The notes below the pieces were generated by a model. It was not told the origin of the DNA. It searched no databases and worked only from the letters and a program-made list of their open reading frames with translations. Both the position numbers and the translations under genes were made by a program. Below, in pieces: positions 32,870 to 44,659 of a stretch of 64,000 nucleotides of DNA (the stretch's first letter is position 1; every line of letters starts with the position of its first letter). Location of the stretch: contig NIVC01001230.1 in the NCBI GenBank assembly GCA_002269645.1, positions 125,539-189,538 of the forward strand, in the 5' to 3' direction. Source of the DNA: Macrostomum lignano. Taxonomy: Eukaryota.

Positions 32870-33420
32870 TACTGGGTAGGGGTGTCCACTGCCTGATTGG
32901 GGTGTCCACAGCAAGATTGGGGTGTCCATTGCCTGATTGGGGTGTCCACTGAATGATTGGGGTGTCCACTGCCTGATTGCGGTGTCGACTGCCTGATTGG
33001 GGTGTCCACTGAATGATTGGGGTGTCCACTGCCTGCTTGCGGTGTCGACTGCCTGATTGGGGTGTCCAATGTTTTCTAGGGGTATCTAATGTTTTCTAGG
33101 GGTGTCTAATGTTTTCTAGGGGCGTCTAATGTTTTCTAGGGGTGTCTAATGTTTTCTAGGGGTATCTAATGTTTTCTAGGGGTATCTAATGTTTTCTAGG
33201 GGTATCTAATGTTTTCTAGGGGTGTCTAATGTTTTCTAGGGGTGTCCAATGGGTTTCTAGGGGTGTCCATTATCTGATAGGGGTGTCCATTGTCTGATAG
33301 GGGTGTCCACTATCTGATAGGATAGGGGTGTCCATTGTCTGATAGGGGTGTCTACTATCTGATAGGGATGTCCACTATATGATAGGGATGTTCATTGTCT
33401 AGTAGGATGTCTGCTGCAAG
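32870..33420. repeat. 20-bp minisatellite anchored on GGGGTGTC, with unit sequence changing along the array
   Basis: GGGGTGTCCACTGCCTGATT changes to GGGGTGTCTAATGTTTTCTA and then GGGGTGTCCATTGTCTGATA. Confidence 0.9.
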
Positions 33421-34138
33421 ATAGGGAATCTATCTCTAGATATTTAATTTAATAAGATATCTGTTTACTGTTTACTGCCTAAGTGTCTAATTATTATAAT
33501 TTATTCAGGGTGTTTCAATTACAATATAGGATTATACCTGTCTAATTCCAAATATTCACTAGAAGACAATAGTAGCCCTATCTACTTTAAGATAGGTTTA
33601 AAAAACAACTTAGAAACCATAAAAGATGTTTTAAAAATAGTTAAAAAGTATTTAATATCATCTTAATAAGGGCACTAGATAAAAAATTATATATCTATAA
33701 ATTGTCTAATTGTTTTATAAGGTATCTTAGTAGCATTCTTTTATTTATTCTTTTATATATTTAAGCTTATCCCCTTCATGGCTAACTTTTATAAGTACTA
33801 GGCCTTATTGCAAGGCCTTTGGTTATTCTAGCTGGATTAAATTAATTTTTTATCATGAAATAAAAGATAAAAAGAAATCTTGGCATGTATTGACTTCCCA
33901 CTATAAAGAATATTAGCAAAAAAGGAAAAAAGTGAAACAAAGGAGCAAAAAAGGTCATTTAGTGCACTGCAACAATAGAAATGACTCAATGAGGTTTGTT
34001 TTTTCTGGGATTATAATTTTGTATTGGAAAAAAATTTGGCATACACTGGCATACCAAAAAAAATTGTGGGAGATTTTTTGTCTGACATATATTCAGGGTG
34101 CTCCACACTATGGCTTATAAATTGCCAATAGGCTATTA

Positions 34139-34325
34139 CAGTAGCGCAACCAGAAATTTTTCAAGGGGGGGCGGATTCTGAGGGTAAAGTCCCGGGAGGG
34201 GGGGGGCGGCGGAGGGGTGGCTCTGTTTTTGGCGAAAATTCGCTTGGTCCCCCCTTTGATTTTTTTTCGGTCCCCCGCCTAAGGGGGGGGCGACCGCCCC
34301 CCCGCCCCCCCTGGTTGCGCCACTG
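34139..34325. mobile_element. hAT-type MITE (187 bp)
   Basis: 15-bp TIRs CAGTAGCGCAACCAG / CTGGTTGCGCCACTG with one mismatch. Perfect 8-bp TSD GGCTATTA (34131-34138, 34326-34333). Confidence 0.88.
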
Positions 34326-34509
34326 GGCTATTAAATGCTAAAAAAAGGCAAATTTGAATATATAGTAAGCCTAGGTTTTCTACAATGAAAAAGCTTGCAA
34401 AATATCACTATTAATTTGAATAGGACCTATAACTATAAAATATTTATGTTTTTGTTTTGTTTTGTTTTTTTGTTTGGGAGATGCTTAGGCCTACTAGGCC
34501 TATCTGGCC

Positions 34510-34620
34510 TCTGGGAAGATGCTTGCTATCTGGGAAGATGCTTGCTATCTGGGTAGATACTTGCTATCTATTTTGCTATTTGCTATTTAAAAGGATGCTT
34601 GCTTGCTTATCTTGGGGATT
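34510..34620. repeat. Short inverted relative of the 563-815 minisatellite (CTGGGAAGATGCTTGCTAT)n
   Basis: The reverse complement shares CAGATAGCAAGCATC with the 18-mer array. Confidence 0.75.
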
Positions 34621-35277
34621 TTTTCTATTTAGCAGGAATGTCTATTAGGCCTCTATTTGTGAAAACTATATTTTGTTGTATTTCTATTAATTTTAGAAAA
34701 AAAGAAAGAGATTCATAGCAAACATCTTTTTCTATGACAATTTAATTTTATTTGAATAAGATTATTTATAAAACTAAAGAAGGAAATATGCTTAAGAAAA
34801 GAAAATGAGCTTTTTTAATTATTTTTCATTAACACTTTTTGCTCCTAGCTTATTGTACACCCCAAAGGGGGCACTAGATTGCTAGTCTATGTCTATAATA
34901 AATAGACCTAGAATGTTTTATTGACAAAGGTACAAATTTCAAATTTAAACTATGTGGCATAGCTTTAAACCAACTACTGGGGCTGGAGCATAAAGGATAG
35001 GGGCCTAGGGCTAGGGGTAAGTGGGTTTCAGGCCTAGGAAGGTTCCTTGACTTTATAATAGGGGATTCATTCATTTTATAGACCTAGGGCCTATCTAATC
35101 TAAAAAAATAGATATGTGTCCCTATTGAAGTTGAGTGATATTGAGTTAATCCTCGATCTTAGACTTAGGCCATTAGGACCACCTAGCCACTAAAGTTAAA
35201 ACCTACGACTAGGCCTATATTCACTGGCACAATGATCGGCCTAGGTAGGCTAAGCAGTTGTTACTCAAATGAAAAGA

Positions 35278-35580
35278 TAATAATAATAATAATTGATTAC
35301 ACCTGCCCAATGGGCAGATGTGCAACCGACAGCTCAGCCGCAGCTATTGCGCGGCGCATCTGAAGGCTGCGTACGGCTGTTCAGTCCAAGGACTGGGGGG
35401 TCGCCACACACACCCTCAATTACCCCAGCTAATGCTGGTACCCATTTTACAGCTGGGTAAACTGAAGCAACGCAGAGTTAAGTGTCTTGCTCAAGGACAC
35501 AAATTGTTGCAGAGGGATCGGGAATCGAACCCCCGACCTTCAAGTCGTGAGTCCGACGCCCTAACCACTACGCTACAACT
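35278..35580 (-). mobile_element. tRNA-derived SINE with a CORE-like central domain
   Basis: On the minus strand: A box TAGCGTAGTGG, B box GGTTCGATTCC, central GTGTCCTTGAGCAAGACACTTAAC...CAGTTTACCCAGCTGTAAAATGGG, and an (ATT)n tail. 13-bp TSD TCAAATGAAAAGA (35265-35277, 35581-35593). Confidence 0.9.
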
Positions 35581-36462
35581 TCAAATGAAAAGAACAAATT
35601 GACTCTGCGGCCTGCGCAAACTACTTTGCCAACACTAGTTTTAAAATTTCTCACATGTCTTTCAGGCACCCTGGTACTTTACAATAACATTTCCATGCGC
35701 TTAGAGTCACTGTCTAGCGATCAGAACTGGCACAATAAGTGAAACACGTGAATAAAAACGTTCGTCCTATTAAATCCAATTCGAATTCGTACCTAAAAAT
35801 ACAGTTCAACAACCTAAATAACTACATAATACCTTAAAAACACTAGCGTTTTAAAAACAATTACAGGATTTCAGCTTTAAATTCGCTTTCTTCAATTCAT
35901 TTTGGCGCTTTTCTCCTTCGTTTTCAACCATGATCACTGCATGACTAAGATTATGGTTCTCTATTTATTATTGCATGGGATGTACGTATACACCCCAGAA
36001 AATTGAACATTTTGTTCGAAGAAGACAATTCAGCGATCAAGTTCATAATGCAGTCAACCAGTTTTGCGCAATTCGAGTCGTGAAAACCTAGTCCCTCCTG
36101 GGTAAGCCCTAAGGAGGCCATTTGTAAGCCTACATCCAATTAATCACTAACTAAAGCACCTTGGATTAGCTACAAGGTATAAAATTGTGGTGTGTATGCT
36201 CGCACAGGGATCTAGACCTTGAAAAACAAAAGCTTCGATTTGAACAGCCAAAATCCTCGCTGCTTGCCAAAAATGGCTGCCTCCAGTTATAAAAAATCAA
36301 GGCTGATCGAGTCAACAATCAGCTTTCTTTTTTACTCGTCTGCAGCTGTTCATCAAAAAATAAAATACAAATGAATGATACGTGTACAAACTCATGCTCA
36401 TATACCAACTCATACAGTAGGCTTTCGCTGCAAGTTACTTGCGACAGGTATTGAGATAAATA

Positions 36463-38421
36463 CTAACTATATACGATTGAATCTGATTCGCTGCAGCGCT
36501 GCAGCTCCGCCACTGTGCCGCGAATGTGACGCACGCACGACTCCAAGCTCTTCGTTAGCGTGAGCAGCGACTGCGACATGGAGTCGATGATTTTCGCCTC
36601 CCGGCGCTCCCGCTGAGATGCGGTCGAATGGTCGATAAGAGGCTGCACAGATGGCTCTGCAAGACCGTCATTGCACTGATAGTCGCCTTCGCAGCAACAA
36701 GTTCTAAAGTTGCAGCTGCAATATTGAGTGTCGCAGGCACAGAACTCATCGCTGCAGTCGTTTTCTTCGAAGTTCGACTGGTTTCCGTCGAGTACCTGCG
36801 TGTTCTCAAGCTCAGACTCCTCGACATCTTCGTCTTCAATCTCTTCATTTCTGTCATTTTCGCTGCCAAGATCGCAGATTGCAGGGCATGTCTGAAAGCT
36901 GCACGCCTTGCTCTGCTGCCTCCGGCGACGTCGTCCACTACCCGTCCCTGGACAGGAGAAAGTTGCAGAGACAGCAGAGCCGCTGTACCGCAGTCTCGCC
37001 CTCTCCAGCGTCTGCAGAAGGTGGTCGAATCCGCCTCTTGCAATGGCCGTATGCAGTACGGCTGATTCGGTCTCTGCTGACTGAGTTGAGACCGCCGAAG
37101 CTGACGGTGAATCCAAGGGAGCTCGCCGACGCTGCCGCCATCTCTTGTCTCCACGTCGTTCTGGTGCTGAGTGCACATTTGAGTAGCCAACTGATGTGCA
37201 GCAGTCGCTGTCGCGAGTTCGATGTGATGAATGTGGATCAGATGCAGGCGGCCACTGAAGCTTCATTTGTTGACAGTCGGTAGTGCAGCCGCAGTCGCCA
37301 GTACTGGCTCCACTTGAGTAATGCAAAGCCGGACACAGGACCTCAGTGAGAGGTTCGCACTGTGGCTCGTTGCACTGTATGCGCCACTGCTCCATTCGCC
37401 AATCAGCTGACGCAGTCGGTTTCTCCCTGATGCAACGTGCAGTCATGGGGTGACATTGCAGCTTGTAAAATGCAGCCATCTGCCAGTCCGTCACAGTCTC
37501 GTCACAGTCGGAAAGCTCACAGTAGAAAAGTACTTTTTCTCGCCGAGAAACAGCTGGTTGTAGGTTAATTGACTCGCTTCTCGACTCTGCACAGCTTTAA
37601 TGACAGCTCTGTGGTTGCTGGTACAGCAGCTCCAGCTGAAGGTTGAATTCCTCCTTGAATTCTACGGCCAAGACAGGTGATGGGTCGTCAGAGACGCGGG
37701 ATGTAATTTGATGCTCGAGAGCATACCGAAAGCTGCGGTTGACGCGGCGTGTCATTGAACTGCACTTCTGCAGAATGTTTTGTTCACTCGATAGCCATTC
37801 GATGGCGTCTCCAGTCGGACAGTCAATGCAGCGAAGGTTGCAGGGACAGTCGAGATTCGACGGGACCAAGTACGACCTTGGCGATGGTAGCACCTGTGCC
37901 GGAGTTGAGCTACAAAACACGATGCACCAGTGCTTCCTCACTGTCTTGATTACTGGTCTGTCTGTCTCCACTGGCGTTGGCATAGGTGTGCAGGACTCGA
38001 GCAGCAAATTGTGAGATACTTCCCTAGCTGGAGTAACCGGCAGACTCCTGAGGAAAATACTCTCGAAGAAGCAGTGAGTCCTCCTGCTTGCAGTCGCTTT
38101 CTCGTTCAGTGACGATACAACTGAACTCTCTGAGCGAGGCCTTGAATCCACAGCTGACCGTGACCTGACAACCGCCTGCTGCAAGTCCGGGGTCAGGCAA
38201 ACTTCCGCAGTGATGACTCGAGTAAGCTTATAGGTCTTTCTGCTTCGATCTGGGGACCGTTTGCAGCTCAACGGGGTGTCAGCGTTGAAGGCGTCGACAG
38301 AGGAGCTTCCGTCATCCGGTGGAAGCCGGAAATGCGCATCGCCAGCGGCTGCACAGCGTCGAAAGTCGCACAGACTGGGCGATGATGCGGCTTCGCTGAT
38401 GCCTTCGCTGTTGAAGTACAT
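36463..38421 (-). pseudogene. Intronless Cys-rich orphan ORF, copy 1, with an in-frame TAA at 37597-37599
   Basis: ORFs 38421-37597 and 37494-36463 are in the same frame and nearly identical to the uninterrupted paralog at 54043-55971. Confidence 0.7.
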
Positions 38422-39304
38422 CTTTTAAGCACTGCATAACTTCAGCTTTGCTGCGTAAATTTAACTTAATTTTAGAGCATTCTTGGATACGTGTCAAAGT
38501 TGAACCCTAAACTATATAAACAACCAGAATCCTCGCTCATCTGATGTTTTACAAGCTAGGGTCCCAGTTGTCACAGAAGTTTTTGCATTGTAGCCAGCAT
38601 AGTCCTAATAAGTAATATTTTTTCTGAAGGAGAGCCTTAAAAAGAACAAAATTACAGTTCTACGTACGTAGCTCATTCAGTGTTTAGATCAGGTGATCGT
38701 ACAACGCTGTTTATATTTTCTGTCGAAGATTGTCGAAGATGTCTAAAGAAATTTAAGCTGGGGTAACGCCGGCGTGAACGCAATCACAGACCCTTTGCAG
38801 GCCTGAAACAGCAGTGGCAATGAGATAGCTCATGGGATATTTCCCAAGCCAAAAATAGGGCTGAAACTCAGTGAAGAAGCGAGCGAAGCTACGGGGTCGA
38901 CTAAGATCTATCCAATCAGAAAGCAACGACTGATGTTGAGGATGAAATTAATAGGGACCACGCCATGCAAGAGCCAATCAGAAGTGGAGAGGGTTAAAGC
39001 GAGCCCAAAAATGATTTCGATTTAAGCGCAAACGGCGTAAAACGACAGCTGAGGGTAAGGAAATGGCAGGAAAAGGAAATGCTGGAGATGAAAAACTCAA
39101 CACAAGCAGCCGCCGAGAGGTTAGTCTACTGTAAGTATACTAAATCCATATACTAAAAAATGGTTTATCGGTATCTATCTATGTCGGTATGTGATCGTTT
39201 TTTTCTGAAAATAGAAAAAAGAAAACTGATATTATGGTTAAAGCTAACGGTTAATTTTTCAGCAGTCAAATATATCTCAGGTCTCACAAACAAAAATCTC
39301 CCTG

Positions 39305-39790
39305 GTTCTTCCCCTCCGCTCTCTCTCTCTCATGCAATCCTACCCTCCGCTCTCTCTCATGGAGTCTTACCCCCCGCTCTCCCTCATGGAGTCTTACCCT
39401 CCGCTCTCTCTCCTGGAGTCTTCCCCCCGCTCTCTCTCTCTCCTGGAGTCTTCTCCTCCGCTCTCTCTCCGGGAGTCTTCTCCTCCGCTCTCTCTCCGGG
39501 AGTCTTCTCCTCCGCTCTCTCTCATGGAGTCTTCTCCTCCGCTCTCTCTCTCCGGGAATCTTCTCCTCCGCTCTCTCTCCGGGAATCTTCTCCTCCGCTC
39601 TCTCTCATGGAATCTTCTCCTCCGCTCTCTCTCCGAGAATCTTCTCCTCCGCTCTCTCTCCGGGAGTCTTCTCCTCCGCTCTCTCTCCGGGAGTCTTCTC
39701 CTCCGCTCTCTCTCCGGGAGTCTTCTCCTCCGCTCTCTCTCCGGGAGTCTTCTCCTCCGCTCTCGCTCCTGGAGTCTCCTGGAGCCTAAT
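39305..39790. repeat. 27-bp minisatellite (GAGTCTTCTCCTCCGCTCTCTCTCCGG)n
   Basis: About 17 units read directly. Confidence 0.92.
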
Positions 39791-40122
39791 AAATGGAACT
39801 CACCCAAGTCATTTCATTGGCCGAGAGAGGCCATAGACAAGACGCCTCCATATATATTAAGTAACATTTCCACGAAAAAAAATTTCTCTCAGCCAATTAA
39901 AGCGCGCGGGAAAACGCGGAACTTGAATTTGAATTTCCTACACTCTGATTATTTCATCTGTGTCACGGAATCCAGATCCTTTTGGTAGTTTTTGGTTTAT
40001 GGCTTAACCCGCTTCTTCAACTACGAAGCTAAGTCTCAGAGTCAAGAGTCAGCTAAGAGTCTCAAGTGAAGCTAGCCTTAAAGCTTGTAAATAATTTTTG
40101 ACAGCAAAGCCACCAAAAAGGC

Positions 40123-40918
40123 ATGGCAGCTGAGAGCCACTACCGGGACGTCAGCCACATGCGACTGCACCTGTCGAGCTCCCTGGCTAGCCTGGCCAAT
40201 CGCGATGCCTCCTACCGGTCGGCTCTGCCGGGCATCGCCGAGATCCACGCCGACTGCTTGCAGCTGGCCGCCGATGAAATCGATTGCGAATCGCTGAGAG
40301 CGGCCTACTCAACCGTATCCATCCAGGCCGAGTCCGCCGATGCCGATCGAACTCGTCGATGGCGCCGGATGCTGGCGGACACCTCCCAGCTGTGGCTGCA
40401 GCGCAGCCGAGCAGTTGAACGGCTGGTCTGCCGGCTGGAGGCCGCCTTCCTGCGTCACGTGATCAAGTTTGCCGACGAAGTCGACCGCGGCGACCCGGAT
40501 GTTGGAACTGAGTGAGTCGCAACCGGAGCAAAGATCAATAAATTTTGCAAGAACTTGGCATTGGCGTTCATTTAAGTCCATTTATTCATGTTCTAGATGC
40601 TAATTGAACTCACTGTTAGTAATTTCACACGGATCTTTTCAACAGGGCTCGTCGACTCGGTCAGCTGGCGGAGACTCTGGGCGCACTGGCCGACAGGCTG
40701 GACTACTCACTGAGCTGCGAGTTTGAACTGTGCCAGAGCCGAATTTGCCAATTTCTGGCCTCTAAGGACGGGCAGCAGCACAGGACTGCAATTGGTGAGT
40801 TCGAAGCTGTATGCTGAATCGCTATATGGGTTATAAACACTGAATCACTATAAAACATTTTACTGTCTTCTGCTCAAACTTACTAGCAGGCTCCATGCAG
40901 AGGCGAGAGCAACAACAA

Positions 40919-40949
<31 letters not shown>

Positions 40950-41188
40950 CACTGCCGCCCCAGGCGATGCCTGGTCAGTACTGGCCGGCCACTGCCAGCG
41001 GCCTGGAGATCTCTCAGCAACCTTGGGAGCAATTTTTACCCGCTGGTCGGTGGCTTTTATGGCTCGTTGTGGTGGCAATTCTGGTGGCAGCTGCACTCAA
41101 ATTGTGGAGCATCTTTCGAACCGAATCCTGCGGCTGGACATTCGATTGGCAGGTGCTGAACGAGCGTGATGGTTACAGGCCCTACTGA
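40123..41188 (+). CDS. Small helical protein with polyQ, a C-terminal TM helix and a short tail (KASH-like candidate), 3 exons, 278 aa
   Basis: Exons 40123-40511 (GA|GTGAGT), 40646-40794 (G|GTGAGT) and 40890-41188 total 837 nt in frame. TM segment WLLWLVVVAILVAAALKLW. Confidence 0.75.
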
Positions 41189-42056
41189 GCAGTTTTTGGC
41201 TTGTTAGCGTGCTCAATCCAGCTGCCCTGTTTATTGTGCTGAATACACTTTGCTGATCTCTGCATGGCTAATAAGACTGCCGCTTAATTCATTCTTCATC
41301 TAATCAGTAACCAGTTGGCCGAAAAGTCCCTTGATTTTTTGTTTTGTACAAAAATCACTTCGTAAATATGCAACCCATACGTCTCCTTCTAAAAGTGTAC
41401 ATGTTTGCCTCGCGTTCTACCTTCAGGCATGCTCGTTTGCATCGCCAATTGACAGGCAAGCCATTCTAGAGAATATTCGAATCATTCGTACTTGCTATAT
41501 GGGGTGCTAGAGCACTCATGCAGAGTGACTTGCTATAATTTTCCATTCTGTAGCGTTCAACAATGCCTGAGATTCGTCAATTGTCCCACTGACCACTGTT
41601 CATCGGAGCACTCTATAATTGTCCTTTTACATGCTGGACCATCCCGTGATGGCGATTTGTCACGCTTTCGGATGATTTTCAAGATCTCGGTTGATTTTTC
41701 GTGTTACACGACTGTCACTGCCGCAGTTTGTGTTTGGCACTCGGTCCTTAAATACATGTATGTAGTGTAGACCCATGCTACACCTGTCGTAATCCCTGTA
41801 CAATTGAGCATGTACGATTGGACCAACATGTAATGAAAAATAGTTGTACTGTTGCCAAATATTAGATGCATTCCCATAATTGCACGCATAATGCGTTGCA
41901 TTTGCATATTAGCTCGAAATCCTCCCGAGAAGTAAAAATCTCGCTATGCATATTTAATTATGATTGACATTAAAATTTGTTGTTCTGTCGTTATCTTCCA
42001 CATGGCAAAATTTTGACTTTTCTGTATTCTTGGAAGTCGGTCCACGTGCGCTGCGT

Positions 42057-44659
42057 CCCAGTGAAAAATGATTTATGGATTCCACGTGGGTTCCACGTGG
42101 CCATGTGGAATTTAAATGTTTCTTTAATTTTTGCAAATTAATGACTTAAAGATGACATAATGGTATGCAAAGTATTTTTTATGCATTATTTTTTTATTTT
42201 TACTGTCCTAATGTTGATGTGGATTTTTCAAGGAATTCAAGAGAAATAAGCATATATTGATTCAACATGGAATCCACTTCGATAAAAAACTGTGATACAC
42301 CACATTCAGACGTTTTTATGAAATTACTATAATAAATTATTATATTTATATGCTTTTAAGTAAAAATTAATATCTTAAAGCTAAATTATAATCGGACAAT
42401 AAGACACTGTTTGTTAAAATAGACAAAATAGAAGTGAACAATAAAAAACGTTTCGTGCTTTTTAAAATGAAATTAATTTTATTTTATATTCGTCAATGTC
42501 TTGGTTCAAGGCCTTGAAACATAAATTGCCTTGTTTATGGCTATTTAAGCACCTTAAAAAGACCTAGCCTATAGGCAATAACTTATAAGTCCATGGCCTC
42601 CATGGGATTAGAAATTAGATAAATCAGTATTTTATCATAGATAGGCCTAATACTTTTGGTAAATCCATGATAAATTTATTTAGGCCTATCCAATTTCTAG
42701 GAATCCCATGGCCATGTCCATAGATTGGCTACTCATTTTTTAACTTAAATAGTAGGCCTTTAGAAGTTCATAATTTCCTCTTAGTCCTAACTATCTATTT
42801 ATATGTATGCTTATTAGGCCTATTTTAAGCTAGGCCTATAACTATCAATTTCAGCCTAAAATTTAGGTCCTTCTATTTTATTTAAGGTTAGGACTAGCTT
42901 GACTTTGTGAATTGTGACTAGTCAATCTAGTTAATCTGTTAAAAATCTATTAATTTATGATTTTCTTCAAAAAAAGCCTGTTAGTGTTAGCATCTTTTGG
43001 ACTTGTTGCATTTTTAAAAAACAATTTTTCTCTAATCGATTGCATACAAACAAGCAAGATTTTCATTTTTAGTATATGGATATTATTAATTATAATAAAT
43101 AATTCTTTGCAATTACACTTGCAACTTGCTTTTGGCATAGCTAGCCTAGCAGACCCCTAAGGCCTAAGGTTGCTATTATAAATAAGTATTAAATTATTGT
43201 AAATTTGATCTGATTTAGGCCAAGACCAGAATTTAATAGCCATAGGGCATAGCTATTTAGGCTTAGGCCGCTTAGGCCTAATGTTTAATCATACTAGGCC
43301 AGCAAATATAAAAAAAACATGCATTGCTTTGCCTAAATACTTTATAGTCTAAAATCAATTTTTAAAATAAAAAAATAAATTTATAAAAACATTCATTAAT
43401 TCTTTTTGTACTTATTATTTTATTGGTAATTTTATTGATTGACTTAGGTAGAGTTTTCTTTTTTGCTAGAGACAAGGTGCAAAATCATACCCTATGCTTA
43501 CTTTCAGGGTTTTATAATTTTAAGGCTTAGAATGCAGTTTCTCTTTTTTCTTATATAAAGGCAGTGCAAATAAGGCTTCAACAAAAAATAGGTAATGAGA
43601 TTGCACCTAAACTGTATCCAATTTTTAATTTCAATTTTCAAGGTGGGATTTTAAAATTTAGGGTGCTTATGCATACTTTGCGCATAAAAAATAAACCTAG
43701 GACTTAGGCCTAGTTAATTTTAAAATAAACTTAATTAAGTATTCATCCTTAAATTAGTTTTATGAATTATTTCAATATAATCTATCAATCCTTATTCACA
43801 ACAATTATTTTTCTATTTCATTTCAGCCTAACATTACATGGCCCATCCTCAAACTTGGATGTCACCTTGGTCTTGCTTTTGAAGAAGCATGCAAAGCTAC
43901 TTGGAATTTGAATTTAATATCTAGAATGCTACCTTTTGTGAAGCAATGGTAAGTTTTAGTTATAAACTGATTTTTTTCTGTCATCAAAATCTGTTATAAG
44001 ATCAAAATCTATTACAATATTTGTCATCAATCTGTTATAAAATTCTGTAATTTAACCCCTTTCTTTTCTAAGGTTGCTCACCTGACCCGAAGAAGCAGCA
44101 TTATGGAAATTGGCAGCAGCATGTTTCTGACTGTTCTAATTCTGGTTCATTATATTATTGTTAATTAATTAATGCTATTGACAATGTCAATTTCAAATTA
44201 TATATTAAATCATATGCATAGCGCAACTCAAGATATCAATATCTACATCAGTGTGTTTATTCTTTGTGTGCCAGTGACTCACTACTGTACATAAATACAC
44301 CTTACTTATTGAGACATCCTTTTTGAATATATTTTTGTGCAGAAATATTTTTGGCTATAGCTAGTGTTTTTATCTGTGTTTCAGTTTCTTTTATATGGTA
44401 TTGAGATCTGGGGTTCGTATGAAATTTTGAGATCTGGTATTATTTTGAGATTTAGGATGCAACAATTTATTATGGCAACCAGTATAATGGCTGCTTGCTC
44501 AATGACAATGTGGATTCTATGTGAAATACATAATTACTTCCATGTGGATCTTCCATGTGGAATCCATATCTTGATTCCACATGGATGGACGGAGACAAAT
44601 GCACATATGGATTTCATATGAAAAATCCACATGGAATCCATATCATTTTTTTCACTGGG
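42057..44659. mobile_element. Non-autonomous CACTA/EnSpm-like (CMC) DNA transposon relic, ~2.6 kb
   Basis: TIRs CCCAGTGAAAAATGATTTATGGATTCCACGTGG / CCACATGGAATCCATATCATTTTTTTCACTGGG, a 2-bp GT duplication on both flanks, and subterminal CCA(C/T)GTGG(A) repeats. No transposase ORF. Confidence 0.6.

Noticed and set aside
35278-35500. Hammerhead ribozyme in the SINE, as in schistosome SINE-like repeats
   Set aside because: No CTGANGA...GAAA catalytic core seen on either strand.
35505-35580. Functional tRNA gene (Val-CAC-like loop)
   Set aside because: A and B boxes are present but there is no acceptor stem and the anticodon stem is weak. It continues into a SINE body bounded by a TSD.
37597-37599. 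Selenocysteine or programmed readthrough in orphan copy 1
   Set aside because: The stop is TAA, not TGA, and the paralog has a different local sequence, which indicates mutation rather than recoding.
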